A stretch of 64,000 nucleotides of DNA, from contig NC_068984.1 of assembly GCF_001194135.2 (NCBI RefSeq), positions 103,879,790 through 103,943,789 of the forward strand, read 5' to 3'. This DNA is from Octopus bimaculoides (taxonomy: Eukaryota). Of the stretch, positions 1-12,000 are shown one piece after another; positions within the stretch are counted from its first letter, which is position 1, and every line of letters starts with the position of its first letter. The notes below the pieces were generated by a model that worked only from the letters and a program-made list of their open reading frames with translations, searched no databases and was not told where the DNA came from. The position numbers were made by a program, and so were the translations under genes.

Positions 1-232
1 CACTATAGCTGATCAAACATTTTCTTTAAGCATTTGGTTGTTGTAAACAAAATCTATTGATTTATGCTGAACTCTGTTCTATCACAAATTTGTATTCACA
101 AACTATGTGCATCAAACAAAATGCTTAGCAGCAGTAAAAATATAAAGCGATAAATAAATTTAGAACATAAATGATGTTAAATGGTCCCTTTTTATAATTC
201 TTGAAAACACATCAAATTTTGAAGATAACTGC

Positions 233-461
233 TTAACCCTTTAGCAGTCAGATTTCTCTGTCAAATATAACGCTTATTTATTTACATTGATTTGAATTAG
301 TCATGCATTACCTTGTAGCTTTCACATTTCAACAACATGATTGATCATTTCTAGGATAATATTGTAGGATAAGTGTAAGAGGCTGGATCTGGCCAGTTTG
401 AAGATGAAAACAGGCAGATTATTTTGGCCAGATATGGCTAGTTTAAATGCTAAAGGGTTAA
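233..461. mobile_element. piggyBac-type MITE (~220 bp)
   Basis: TTAA-CCCTTTAGCA ... TGCTAAAGGG-TTAA: terminal inverted repeats flanked by TTAA; a partial opposite-strand copy lies at ~41160-41260. Confidence 0.8.
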
Positions 462-904
462 GCTCTTCAAATGTGATCAAGTACATCAAATCTACATGTT
501 TACATCGCTGGTACTATGGTATTCAGTGTCCTGCGTCAGTCATACAGTGTGCACTCCTCTCAGTTATGAATGTTTATTGAATACAAGCAGGAGCAGTAGC
601 TTTATAATACACAGTCTACACTATATTATATTCAATAGGTTAGATTGTGATGATTCAGCTTTCTACTAAAATATTATGAAAACAATTACAGGAATTATTG
701 TTGACAGATATGGAAACTAAGATTAAGTTTTAAAAGAAATGTGTAAGATTTGTTTTTCCTTTTTTCACATCCTTTAGAAATAACACATACATGTATACAC
801 ACACACACACACAGATATATATGTGCATATATGTGTGTGTGAGTGTGTGGTTGTGTATGAATGTATGTATGAATATACATATGCCCCTTTCATAATTCCT
901 TGTC

Positions 905-1232
905 TTGCAAGTTACTTGGTGACTCTGCCAGTGCTGGTGCCATGTAAAAGCAAGCATTTAGTCCACACTGTAAAGTGGTTGGCATTTAGAAGGGATTCCA
1001 GCTGTAAAAATCATGCTAAAACTAACTTTGCCTATGCTAATGCCACATAAAAAGCACTTTGTCCACTCTGCAGAGTAGTTGGTATTAGGAAGGACATCCA
1101 GCTGTAAAGACCCTGCCAAAACAGACTCAGTAACCTGGGGTAGTTTTCTACCTGGCTGGCTCCTGTCAACCATCCTACCCATGCATGCACGGAAGACTGA
1201 TATTAAATTATGATGGTTATGATGATGATGAT
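905..1232 (+). mobile_element. RTE-LINE 3' tail / Ceph-SINE-like repeat with internal partial duplication
   Basis: GGTTGGCATTTAGAAGGGATTCCAGCTGTAAA motif occurs twice and ends in (GAT)n; same family as 27620-27960, 28855-29300, 50600-50850 and 63775-64000. Confidence 0.65.
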
Positions 1233-1262
1233 ATATACATACATAAATAAATATAAATAAGT

Positions 1263-1790
1263 TCAAAAAGAACAATTCAAACTTTTTGAGAGATCCAAAA
1301 AGAGAAAAAAATAATTTCTAATAAAGATTCAGCATATTCATAAAAAACAGCCAGAGCAGGTAGTAAGAATATGAAAATAATAGTTAAAAAATTTCGTTAT
1401 AGATATAAATATACCATAAACAAGTATAAAAAATGGAGGAAAAAACGATGTTGAATCAAAATTACATTTAATACAAAATTGGATTCAATACATATGCATG
1501 TTTCAAAAGACAACACAAATATGTAAGAAAAAATTATAATCATAGTAATTATAATTAAATTTATGCATTGTCATTCTCATCAGTGTGAGGATTTTTTGGA
1601 AGAACACCATAAAAAAGGTTTAATAAAATAAAAATAAAATAAGATACAATAAGGGAGAATAGAGATGGGGTAATAGGGAAAAATCGGATATTTACAAACA
1701 AATTGTAAAAGGGAAAAATAATAATAATAATAGTGAGGGAGACGAAAAAGAAAAAGGAAAACATATCAATGTGTATACAAGTCTATATGT
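1263..1790 (-). mobile_element. Inverted partial pseudo-LTR of a Penelope-like element
   Basis: Reverse complement aligns with ~4300-4715 and ~37950-38365; joined directly to the 5'-truncated PLE ORF. Confidence 0.8.
1490..1587 (-). ncRNA. Minimal type I hammerhead ribozyme motif (decayed copy)
   Basis: Minus strand reads TCACA-CTGATGA-long stem II-GAAAC-ATGC-ATA-TGT; the cleavage triplet has decayed to AUA. Confidence 0.55.
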
Positions 1791-1794
1791 GCAG

Positions 1795-3260
1795 TAAACT
1801 ATAATATAAAAATAAAAATCTAATGGATATGTTTAAAGAAATAGTAACAAGTCGAGACAAAGCCATAGACTTACCATCACCTTTGATCAGAATTACATTT
1901 CTGTGAACTTCTTGGATGCAAATTTAAACCTCACTACTTCCTCTTACCAACCATACCATAAACCTAATAGCTATATTACTTATATACATGCGCAGAGCAA
2001 TCATCCTTCTAATATTCTTGATAACATACCTTATAACATTGAAAATAGAATTAACTCATTATCCTCAAATGAAGAAATTTTTAATAAGCATAAAGACTAT
2101 TACAATCTGGCTCTTAGGAATGCTGGTTATAAATATCAAATTAAGTGCAACAAAATTAACAATGAGTTTTCCAGTCATGCCAACAGTTATATGGATAAGA
2201 ATTTCAATAAACACACCACAAATTTCAAACACCATCATGAATTGGAACACTCTGGCACACAACTTAATTCTATGAAATATAGTTGTAAAGATAACTCCAC
2301 CATAAAATGGAAAAATTTTTTTAGCAACTATGAAGACTATTACTAACCAGATTTTTACCAATATTTCTAATAATATAAACAATTGTAATGTTACAGACAG
2401 TCATTACGAGAAAAACATTAACATAGCTGGAAATAGTAACATGAAACAAAGTCTTTTCACAAAAAGATCTTCTCTTATTTCTTCACATACTCTTAATTCC
2501 CCACACAACTGCATAACCAATTTTAATGATTTTCAATATTTATTATTAATAATAATAATAACAACAATAATGTTAATGATAGTGTTAATACAAGAGGTAA
2601 AAAGAAACTTATAACACTTATTTGAATGGGTGACCCATCTTATTGGTCATACCAATAAGAAACACAATAATAACATAATTTGGATTATATTTCCTTTTGC
2701 TAAACATTTGAAGTTTAATTTTATAAAGTCTATTCATTCTATTGTTAAATCAAATTTTAGTAAATCTAGATATGCTGTGATATTCAATAACAGAATAATT
2801 AGATTTGGCTTTTCTGCTTCTCCTAACTTATTTAGGATTATTTCTTCCTTTAACAATAGAAAACTAAATTTTTACTACAAGAATTTAACCTCCTCTTCTA
2901 TTAATACTAACCCCAATTATTCAAATAGCTCTGTATCTTCTACCAACGATTCCCATATTCACACAAACTCTACCTCTATCAACACAGATACACATAACAA
3001 TAGTACGTCTAATATTAGTAACAATTGTAATTGTAGAAACCCTAACACCTGTGAGGTTAAAGGTAATTGTAAAATGAAAAATGTTGTATATAAAGCTACT
3101 ATTACAACACATGATCTCTCTAGGTTTCATTATATAGGTTGCACGCAGACCCCTCTTAAATTAAGTTTGAATAATCATAAATCTCAATTTCTTGGAATAT
3201 TGTTTCTTCTGCTCCTTCTTATTGGATTAGAAATAGAACTTGTCTTTTATGCCTAGAAGA
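1795..3260 (+). mobile_element. Penelope-like retroelement, 5'-truncated and frameshifted: RT thumb, linker and GIY-YIG endonuclease
   Basis: VNFLDANLNL..YQPYHKPN..YIHAQSNHP..LSSNEEIF..ALRNAGY (PLE RT C-terminus); IIWIIFPF; CNCRNPNTC..GNC..NVVYKATI..YIGCT..NNHKS (GIY-YIG). Confidence 0.9.
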
Positions 3261-3399
3261 GTCTTATACAATTATGAAAATGAATGGTTCTATCTTAAAT
3301 TCGAGAGATGAAAGAGATTTTCTTGTAAACATATGTCCAAATTTCTTTTCATTGACCTTTAATAGTCTTATTGATTACCTCTTTTTCATTTTTTATCAG

Positions 3400-3630
3400 T
3401 TCTTATTATACTCTTAGATATATGTGTATGTATGTCTTCTCCGTGTGTGCATGAATGTATTTTATGTTTATGTCTATATGTGTATATACTTGTATATGTA
3501 TGTGTGTATGTATGTATACTTGTTTGTCTGTATGTGCATATTTTTGTGTATGGATACATTAACACACACATGCATATACATATGTATATCTGTGTATATA
3601 TATATGTGTGTGTGTGTGTATGTGTATGTA

Positions 3631-3679
<49 letters not shown>

Positions 3680-3855
3680 GTCTTATGTGAATACATACAC
3701 CTTTATTATTTTAGTTTACTTGTTTGTATCTTCCCTTACACTTGCACCCGTGTATGTGTATATGTGAGTGTATGCATGCGTCTGTGTGTGTATGTGTATG
3801 TATGTATGACTATATATCCTTATGTGTTAAGTGTATATGTTTTTTTCTATCACTT
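3400..3855. repeat. Compound (TA)n/(TG)n/(TATG)n microsatellite
   Basis: Directly visible. Confidence 0.95.
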
Positions 3856-4715
3856 GTAAATTTATAATAATTGTCTCCTTCATATATTCGTTTTTGTTCC
3901 TATTCTTTTTTTATGCCTCCCCTACCCCGGGCTAGTTTTTGAGTAAGAGAACTCTTTTGAATACACCAGCCGGTCCTGTCTGTGATTGTTGCTTTTCTTT
4001 GCTAAGTTGTTTTTTGGGTTTTTTTCACTGTTTGTATGTACATTTTTACTTAAATATTGTACCTTTTTCAAACATAGTCTTGCCTATCAGCTTTAAGCCT
4101 CTTGTAATATATATATTTTTTCGTTTTTCAATATTAGCATGTATACATATGGCTCTATGGCTTTTTTCTGCTAGTGAAGATGTTGCGTTATATTCTACTA
4201 TACACACATGGCCTTGTTTACGTTATACTTCATCTCGACCTGTTACTATTTCTTTAAAAACATATTCGCCAGATTTTAATTTTTATGTTATAGTTTACTG
4301 CACATGTAGACTTGCATACACACTGATATGTTTTTCTTTTTCGTCTCCCTCACTATTATTATTATTATTATTATTTTTCCCTTTTACAATTTGTTTGTAA
4401 ATATCCGATTTTTCCCTATTACCCCATCTCTATTCTCCCTTATTGTATCTTATTTTATTTTTATTTTATTAAACATTTTTGGTGTTCTTCCAAAAATTCC
4501 TCGCACTGATGAGAATGACAATGCATAAATTTAATTATAATTACTATGATTATAATTTTTTTCTTACATATTTGTATTGTCTTTTGAAACATGTGTATGT
4601 ATTGAATCCAATTTTGTATTAAATCTAATTTTGATTCAACATCTCTTTTTCCTCCATTTTTTTAATACTTGTTTATGGTATATTTATACTTATAACAACA
4701 TTTTTCAACTACATA
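3855..4715 (+). mobile_element. 3' pseudo-LTR of the Penelope-like element
   Basis: Follows the GIY-YIG ORF; near-identical to 37484-38290; contains a hammerhead motif. Confidence 0.75.
4503..4600 (+). ncRNA. Minimal type I hammerhead ribozyme motif
   Basis: GCA-CTGATGA(4506-4512)-GAATGACAATGCATAAAT...ATTTGTATTGTCTTTT (stem II)-GAAAC(4586-4590)-ATGT-GTA-TGT; stem I is GCA/TGT. Confidence 0.7.
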
Positions 4716-6459
4716 CATACATACATATATATATATACACACACACACATACACACGTGTGTTTAGCCCCAAAAGGCTCTGAAATGGTCATTCTCAAGGC
4801 AAATGAATTTGATTTTCAAATTCTGCATCCCAAAGAGAAGGATGTCCGTAAATAATAATAATAAAAACATATATTTGCTACAAGTAATAACTGAACTCTT
4901 AGACCGATAACTTTCTTACTCTCTATCTATCACCATAAATCTATCTCTCTATATATATTTACCACACTCTTTATCACTGTCTCACCTTATATGTAATATC
5001 TCTCATGCATTGCTTTCATTTTGTTTAAAACTCTTTCTTCTAATGTTTACTTTCATTTTATGATTAACAGCTATTATGCACAAATCTTGTTTTCTGATTG
5101 GGTAAAAATGATTAGCCATGGTGGAATTTGAACTCTGAATGTAAAGATGAATGAAATGCTGTTAAGCATTTTACCCAGTGTGCTAACAATTCTGTCAGTG
5201 CATTGCCTTAGCAGGAACAAATGTTGTAAAGCATTTTGCTTGGCATCCTAACAACTCTACAAATAATAATGAAGAAGCTTGTTAAATGTCTAAATTGCAT
5301 TTTTCCATTGATTAATTCAAAATAAGGCTTAAAATCATAATTTTAATTATAATATCATAACCCACAGACTTCACTTTCATCAAAATTTTACTTTTTGTTC
5401 TTTTGAGTTGTTTGGAGTCAAATCTCTTGGCTCTTTTTATATTCTATTGAGTAGAAAGCCAAGAACACATGAAGTAATGAATAAATGTAGGACATCTACT
5501 CTGTTTATCACTAAATTTTTGTATTTTTAACTGGATTAAAATTTTTGTCTACATTGTTTACAATTTGTGTGACACCTTCAGATTTTTAGTGCCGTAGGCA
5601 ATTGTCTGGTTTGTCTAAAGCGTGGCTCCTGTTCAGTATGTACAAATATGTAGTTTAGATCAGTGATTCTTAAACAAACAACTATTCCACCCACCACAAA
5701 GAGAAACATCGGTTTCACTTATTCTAAGTGTAACTATTTACTATTCAAAGGCTGGTCTTAAACCCTTCAGCAATCGTTTTCTTTTTTTTTTGCCTGTTTG
5801 TAACAATATTTCTGTAGAAACAAAGATTTTTCAGATCTTAACAGCTGTGGAATAGATTCCTGTATTGTCCAGACAAATAACTGGAATTTAGGTATCAGGA
5901 AGATTATTGGAAATGCTTTCTGAGGTATTGTCTTGTTTAAAAAGCAAAACTATTATACATTGATGTTATATCTCCAATCAGCCATGGCACAAGCCAAATT
6001 ATCTTGGTGTATCAGACAGATCCCTCACTCCATATAACTTCAGATATTCCATGTTTTTGAGGATTGTACAAATCTGGAATTAATCTATGGTTTTTTTAGC
6101 TTGAGAAAACCTGTAATCAAAGTTGGGCTAGTTATGATCCTCTACATATCCCAATGCATATCAAATTTAAATCTTTTTAAAGGGAGTAAGGTGTAATTTA
6201 AATGAGATTTGCCTGCATAGTTTTTAAAATTTATTTTCTAATTGTAAATCACCTTATATAGTTTACCATATATGTTGTAGAATCTTCTATTGTTCATCAA
6301 ACAGGAATAACTACCTATTCCATTTCTTCTTAGATATAATGTTATAGAATTACTTTCTGCAATAGATATATATTTTGGGGGCAGGGATTTCTTCATGTTC
6401 AGCTAATCCTATATGTATGTATGTATGTGTGCATGCATGCTTGTGTGCGTGCATGTACA

Positions 6460-6632
6460 TTTGTTTGCAGGGACGGACTGAGAGTATTAAGGGCCCTCAG
6501 GCATAACTGTTCACCAGGCCCCTTAGCATTGATATGAAAGAGAGTTAACATGTAGAGTGTGGCCCCCTCAGAGCTCCGGGCCCTCGGGCAGTGCCCGATT
6601 GACTGATGGCTCAGTCTACCCCTGTTTGTATG
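6460..6632. mobile_element. hAT-type MITE (157 bp) with 8-bp target-site duplication
   Basis: TIR CAGGGACGGACTGAG / CTCAGTCTACCCCTG; flanks TTTGTTTG and TTTGTATG. Confidence 0.75.
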
Positions 6633-7079
6633 TATGAAGGGATTGATACTTGCATGTATGTGTGTGTGTGTATGATTGTATGCATACATTCATGTGTGTG
6701 TGTGTGTGTGTGTGTGCATGTATATACATACATTCGTGTAAGCATGTACATGTATACATTCGTTTATGTGTGTGAACAAGTATGTGAGAATGGCTGAATA
6801 ATTACTTATCTTTGATAAGTATTTTACCATAACTTCAGGTTGACCCGAGTGTTGAGAATGAATTCAGGTGGATGGATCTGTATAAAGTCCGTCAGATGGG
6901 TTGTGCCTGAATTCAAAGGTACAGTCTTGTCTCACACACACACTGTCATACTAGTTCTCCTTGAGAATTATATTAAAAGTATATATGTCAGTGGAATACT
7001 CAGCCACTTACATGTTAATTCAATGTGCAGATAGTTTAGCAGATTGAAGAATGGAAAATTCATCACCAAAGCATATATA

Positions 7080-7475
7080 GGCACAGGTGTGGTTGTGTGG
7101 TAAGAAACTTGCTTCCCAACCATATGGTTCCAAGTTCAGTTCCACTGCAGGCACCTTGGGCAAGTGTTTCTACTATAGCCCTGAGCTGAACAAAGCCTTG
7201 TGAGTGGATTTGGTAATGGTAGCTGAAAGAAGCCCATCATATGTATGTGTGTGTGTTAATGGGTGTGCTTATGTGTATGCCTTTGTGTCTGTGTTTGTTC
7301 TCCACCACTGCTAGACAACCAGTGTTGGTGTCTTTACATCCCTGTAACTTAGCAGTTCGCAATAGAGACTGATAGAATAAGTACCAGGTTTAATAAAACA
7401 TAAGTACTAAAAATTCTTCAAGGTGGTGCTCCAGCATGTCCGTAGTCTAATGACTGAAGCAAGTAAAAAATAATA
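7080..7475 (+). mobile_element. tRNA-derived SINE (abundant ~400-bp family)
   Basis: GTGGTTGTGTGGTAAGAAACTTGCTTCCCAACC..GGTTCCAAGTTCAGTTCCACTGC head, internal (TG)n, ..GACTGAAGCAAGTAAAA tail; many copies in the window. Confidence 0.85.
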
Positions 7476-8111
7476 GATAAAAAGAAAACTGACAAAGGTC
7501 TATTTATGTGAGAGTGAGTATCCATGTCAAGCAATTTGATTTATTTCCTAACTTTCATAATCTGCCATCTACTTACATCCTATTGTCATTGTTCCTTTGT
7601 TAGAATTTATTAATTCCAGTGTGTATTTAATTATGTGGAAGTTCATACTTCAACCCTACTAAGCTTAAACACATTTAATCTTTCCTTAACTACAGATTCT
7701 CCCAAACAGAATGTAATCTAAAAAAACACAAAAACTTCCCAAAACTTATTTTGCCAAGAGGAAAAATAATCCAATATTTTGGACAGGACCCTTTGTTAGA
7801 GAAGTAAGGGATGATAAGAGAGGACTTTCCCTCCTCATAGTTTGTAGGTGCATAAAATTTTCCCTTGCCTATTATACCTGTTAGTTTTGACAAGGGTGCC
7901 AAAACTATCTCTGCCATAGGGCAACAAGTTGTCAATTCTTGTCACTCAGAAATCTTTTTGAAAACCGAGTGTATTTCTACAGAGTTACATTTCATAAACA
8001 GTAATCTCTTACCATATCACGGTTTATTATTTAAGCTTACATCGATTCTGTGTTGTTGTTTTGCATTTATAATAAAATAGATATATACAAATTATAAAGA
8101 TAAGTATATGG

Positions 8112-8196
8112 TACAGTACTGTTTCTACTTTGTGGATTTTCACCTATCGCGGGGTGGTGGGAACGTAACACCTGCGATTGTCGAGGGATTATTGTA
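8112..8196. mobile_element. Short Tc1/pogo (Tigger-like) MITE remnant
   Basis: TA-CAGTA...GAGGGATTATTG-TA with degenerate TIRs. Confidence 0.45.
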
Positions 8197-8774
8197 CGAA
8201 CATGTGTATGAAAACAATGCGATGGAAAATAGTTAATTGGAGTATATGCATATTTCAGGAATTATTGCTGCTTCTTCAGCACCACAGCCACACCATTATT
8301 TATCCACGAATACATTGGTTAAATAGCCACTAAGTTTAGCGATGTAACACTATTGGGTAGATCAATTTACATATCAAAAAAAGAGCTACATATGATTGCT
8401 ATTACGATGTAGGAAACAGTAGTAACTTATAAACCTTTAACATACTTGGTAGTATAATATGGATCCAAAACGAAATGCGATGTCCCTACCAGCAATAAAT
8501 TCTTTTATTTTGTGCACGAAAAATAAAACATAAAAGACTGATTTTGAAAAACGCCAGTTAATATAAACCATGCTTTTTCTAATCTAGTAATTAATTACAA
8601 ACAAATATTGTAAATTTATTTATACATCTTATTAACAACTAATATTGACTTTAAAATGTTAGATACTTCTATTTAACATTTTTTTAAGCTGATGCATAGA
8701 ATAAAATAAAATAAGGCATTAAATATTGAAAACGCCAGTTACTTAAAGTTGTGGAGAAGCTTTTGTTACTTGGC

Positions 8775-9050
8775 TTTAAATTACAATTCCCAAGATTCCT
8801 TGCGCTGTGTGACCACTGCGCATGTCAATGAAAGTACGCCATGTTGGTTACCAAATTCAAACCTAATTCATTGCTTCATGAATCCCCGTTCGCTTCGTTT
8901 GTCGTGAATGGGTTATTTTATTTCAAAATGTTCATTTTACTACCAATACATTTTAATTCGATCAGTCGTTAGCTCGAGAGTTTCAAAACAGTGAAATAAG
9001 AGGGACTACAAAATTATTGAGGATCTATTGCTGTTCATCTTTTCCGAGAT
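8775..9050 (+). promoter_or_regulatory. Putative promoter of the USP gene
   Basis: Locally CpG-richer, just upstream of the exon-1 ATG; ZNF143/SBS-like ATTACAATTCCCAAGATTCC (8780), NRF1-like TGCGCATG (8817), YY1-like CGCCATGTTGG (8837), GGACTACA (9003). Confidence 0.55.
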
Positions 9051-9113
9051 TTCCCACCGATCTTTCATAATACCGTTTTATTTTTGGCGGTGTTCAAAGA
9101 GGATCTAACAATT

Positions 9114-9202
9114 ATGTCCACATATTTATATCAGTTAGTTGCTGATTTTATAGTTTTTAAATTAATTGATTCCTTTGCAAAGTCAGCTATTCATGACGCT
9201 AC
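9114..9202 (+). CDS. USP-family deubiquitinase, coding exon 1 (MSTYLYQLVADFIVFKLIDSFAKSAIHDAT)
   Basis: ATG at 9114; AC|GTAAGT donor in phase 2, matching the phase-2 acceptor at 22937; sits just downstream of promoter-like motifs. Confidence 0.7.
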
Positions 9203-11643
9203 GTAAGTTCTATTTAAAGTATTTTTTTTTTGCTTTGTTTTGTGTTCATTTGGTCGTAAGCTTTCATGAATTCTGCTGAAGGTTTTAAATATTTTGAGCT
9301 GTCCTCTCTTTTGTCAGTTTGGCATTCCGACAGATTAATTTCCTTAGGGTCGCCCCCTTCTTTTTCCCTATTGTTAGAATGTCTTCTATAAATACTGTTG
9401 TAGTAATAAGTGTTTAAGAACACGTGTTCTTTTGAAGTCATTCTTCCTAAGTTCTTGAAATTTAATAGCGATTCCAATATTTTATTGTCCCACTTCCTTG
9501 TGGTTCCTGGAAGCCTCTTAAATAATTGTAAATATGTAAATTGTGTGCTTTTCATCAGATTCTAGAGTGTCAGTGAACTAACTAGAAGACTCAACGTTAC
9601 TTCCTGTAATATTTTCCGTTTTTTCTCTCTCTCTCTGTCTCCCCTCTGACACTTTTACATATCTTATAAGAACAGATTATTGATTTATGATTTAAACCGA
9701 TACAAATCATGGCTAGAGGAACATTGCTAAAAAAATAAAACTGTTCTAACAGCATGCACCAGTGTAAGTAAATAACAAACTACCTTAATGATGGCATTTT
9801 ACGCCGCTAAGGTTTAGGGTTACACAAGTTATTTCCTCTAAGGCTTTAATAATAAATAGTTGCTTTGACTTAGAGTTCATTAACCGAGTTCTTAAAATAT
9901 TTTCAGTGATTATGTTAAAACATATCTGTTCTGAAATTCTAACAATTTTTTAAAAATAAGCCCTCATTTGCAGATTTTGCAACCGGAATATTTTAAATAG
10001 AAATAAATATTAACTTCTGTCAGATATTTTATGCCAAACGTTAAAAATTAAAGAAGATATCGCAGTAAAATCACTAAGACACCTAGAAACTGAAAGAATT
10101 CATGAATGTTTTTAACATTTATCAGTTTGTATCTATTTGACCCAATGTTAAATGTTCCTGTATGTACACCACACCCTTGTGTATTGAAACAACAGATTGT
10201 ATTTATTATTACTACACCTTTTCTATAATTTTGCTGAAAATAGTTCGATAATCGCCTCCACATTCCATCAATGATAATAGGTATGTTCTGTAAATCAATT
10301 TTATGTGTGATCTCCAGCAATGTTACGATATAAGATTAATGAAGAGCCTGTAGTTCCTCTTTCCTCAAATCAGTGGATAACAACCTTTTTTTTGTTATTC
10401 ATTACTATTTTGTGTGTTATTTATTTTTTGTTTCGGACAAATAAAAATGTTTACATAATCAAGCAAATTATTTGGTTTAAAACTTTTCATTTATTGCATG
10501 TGTTGGGGTTTTGTTTTTGTTTTACAAAATAGAATGTAATTGAGGTCGATTTAATCGAGTGTGCCCATCCTCCAGAATTTGCGATGAGAAAACTTAGAAG
10601 GAAGGTAACCTTTGCTAATCTTTGAAGACTGTTACTGTTTTCGTAGAATTTCTGTAGGAAAACAAAATGAGAAAAGACAGGAGGGAATTTCAGGAGGACG
10701 TAGCTTTGTAGAGGATTGATTGGGAGAAAGGTTTATTAGATGTCTGATAAAGAGGAGTACAGCAAGTGAGGCCTAGATGGAAGTTGACACGGCCGGTGTA
10801 ATAGCGATTGAAAGAGACAAAACTGTAGAGTAGCATCGGCCAAAAATACTTTATGGGATCAAGGTTCTTTCATTTAAAATTATTATGGTCAGTTCATCGA
10901 TAGAAGATTAGTTTAGAAGCCGTTTCTGAATTTAACCGATTCCTGGAAAGTCTTCGTCGACTACTAAGAAAATTTTTACTTTGTCTTTTGAACAAGGTAC
11001 TAAAACATCTATGCCTGACTGAAGATTTTTATGAGAACAAAATATTTAGATCCAGCGGAACCATAGTTCGAATGAATTACAAATTGCTTTGTCAAAACTT
11101 ATTCGATGCACAACCCCACAAAGCTAAGTTCTCCCAGAAGTTTCACATCTCCAGCCAATTGAAAATATTCGGTCACTTCCGCTTGAATTGAACTTGGGAC
11201 AGCATCAACCAAAAGTCGGTGTCCCCATTGTGTTCACATGATATAAGTAACGTCTGGCGAATTAAACATTAAAAATAGCTATTATATTTTAATATAAAAT
11301 TAAGCTCATTCAAACAAAATAATGCAATGCTTTCACTTTTGGCGGCGCTATTTTATACTTATACAATGGGCGTTTTTATCGAATAGAGTCGGAAATTATA
11401 TACTTTGTTCATAACTGTAGTTCTTAGGTTATGTGTGTGTTTAAGCAGTTTACGAATCTTTTATATGTATATATATTTTCGTCTGGAGTTGCTTTCAGTT
11501 TTGACTTGCGCAAACTTTTTCAGATGTGTTTTAGGCATGCTAGATTATAATTCTTCAAAATATATGCAACACTTTTTAAAACATATTTGGAGGAGAAAAA
11601 AATCGAAAGATAATAAAAAGTTACAGAAAAGAAAAAAAGGGCA

Positions 11644-12000
11644 NNNNNNNNNNGAGCACCGCCTTCAGTCGAACAAATCGACTCCAGGACTTATTCTTTG
11701 TAAACCTAGTACTTACTCTATCTGTAACTTTTGCCGAACCGCTAAGTTACGGGGACGTAAATACACCAACATCGGTTGTCAAGCGATGGTGATGGTGGGC
11801 GGAACAGACACACACATATATACATATATATATATAATATATGCTACGGACTTCTTTCAATTTCTGTCTACTGAATCCACTCAAGGCTTTGGTCGACCTG
11901 AGGCTACAGTAAGACATTTGCCGAAGGTGCCACACAGTAGGACTGAACCCGGAACCATTTGGTTGAGAAGCAAGCTTCTTATCACACAGCTACTCATGCG
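11644..12000 (-). mobile_element. tRNA-derived SINE (same family as 7080)
   Basis: Reverse complement of the 7080-7475 family. Confidence 0.85.

Noticed and set aside
6839-6918. Exon-like 80-bp segment with TTCAG| and |GTACAG, one open frame (LTRVLRMNSGGWICIKSVRWVVPEFK)
   Set aside because: No recognisable protein similarity and no partner exons found; cannot be supported without RNA-seq
7690-8080. ORFs 7690-7935 (-) and 7865-8080 (+) as a possible divergent gene from the USP promoter
   Set aside because: No motif, and no convincing start or splice chain could be built
10880-11030. hAT dimerisation-like phrase on the minus strand
   Set aside because: Motif spacing is wrong and stops flank it; mentioned only as a weak hint in the antisense-ORF finding
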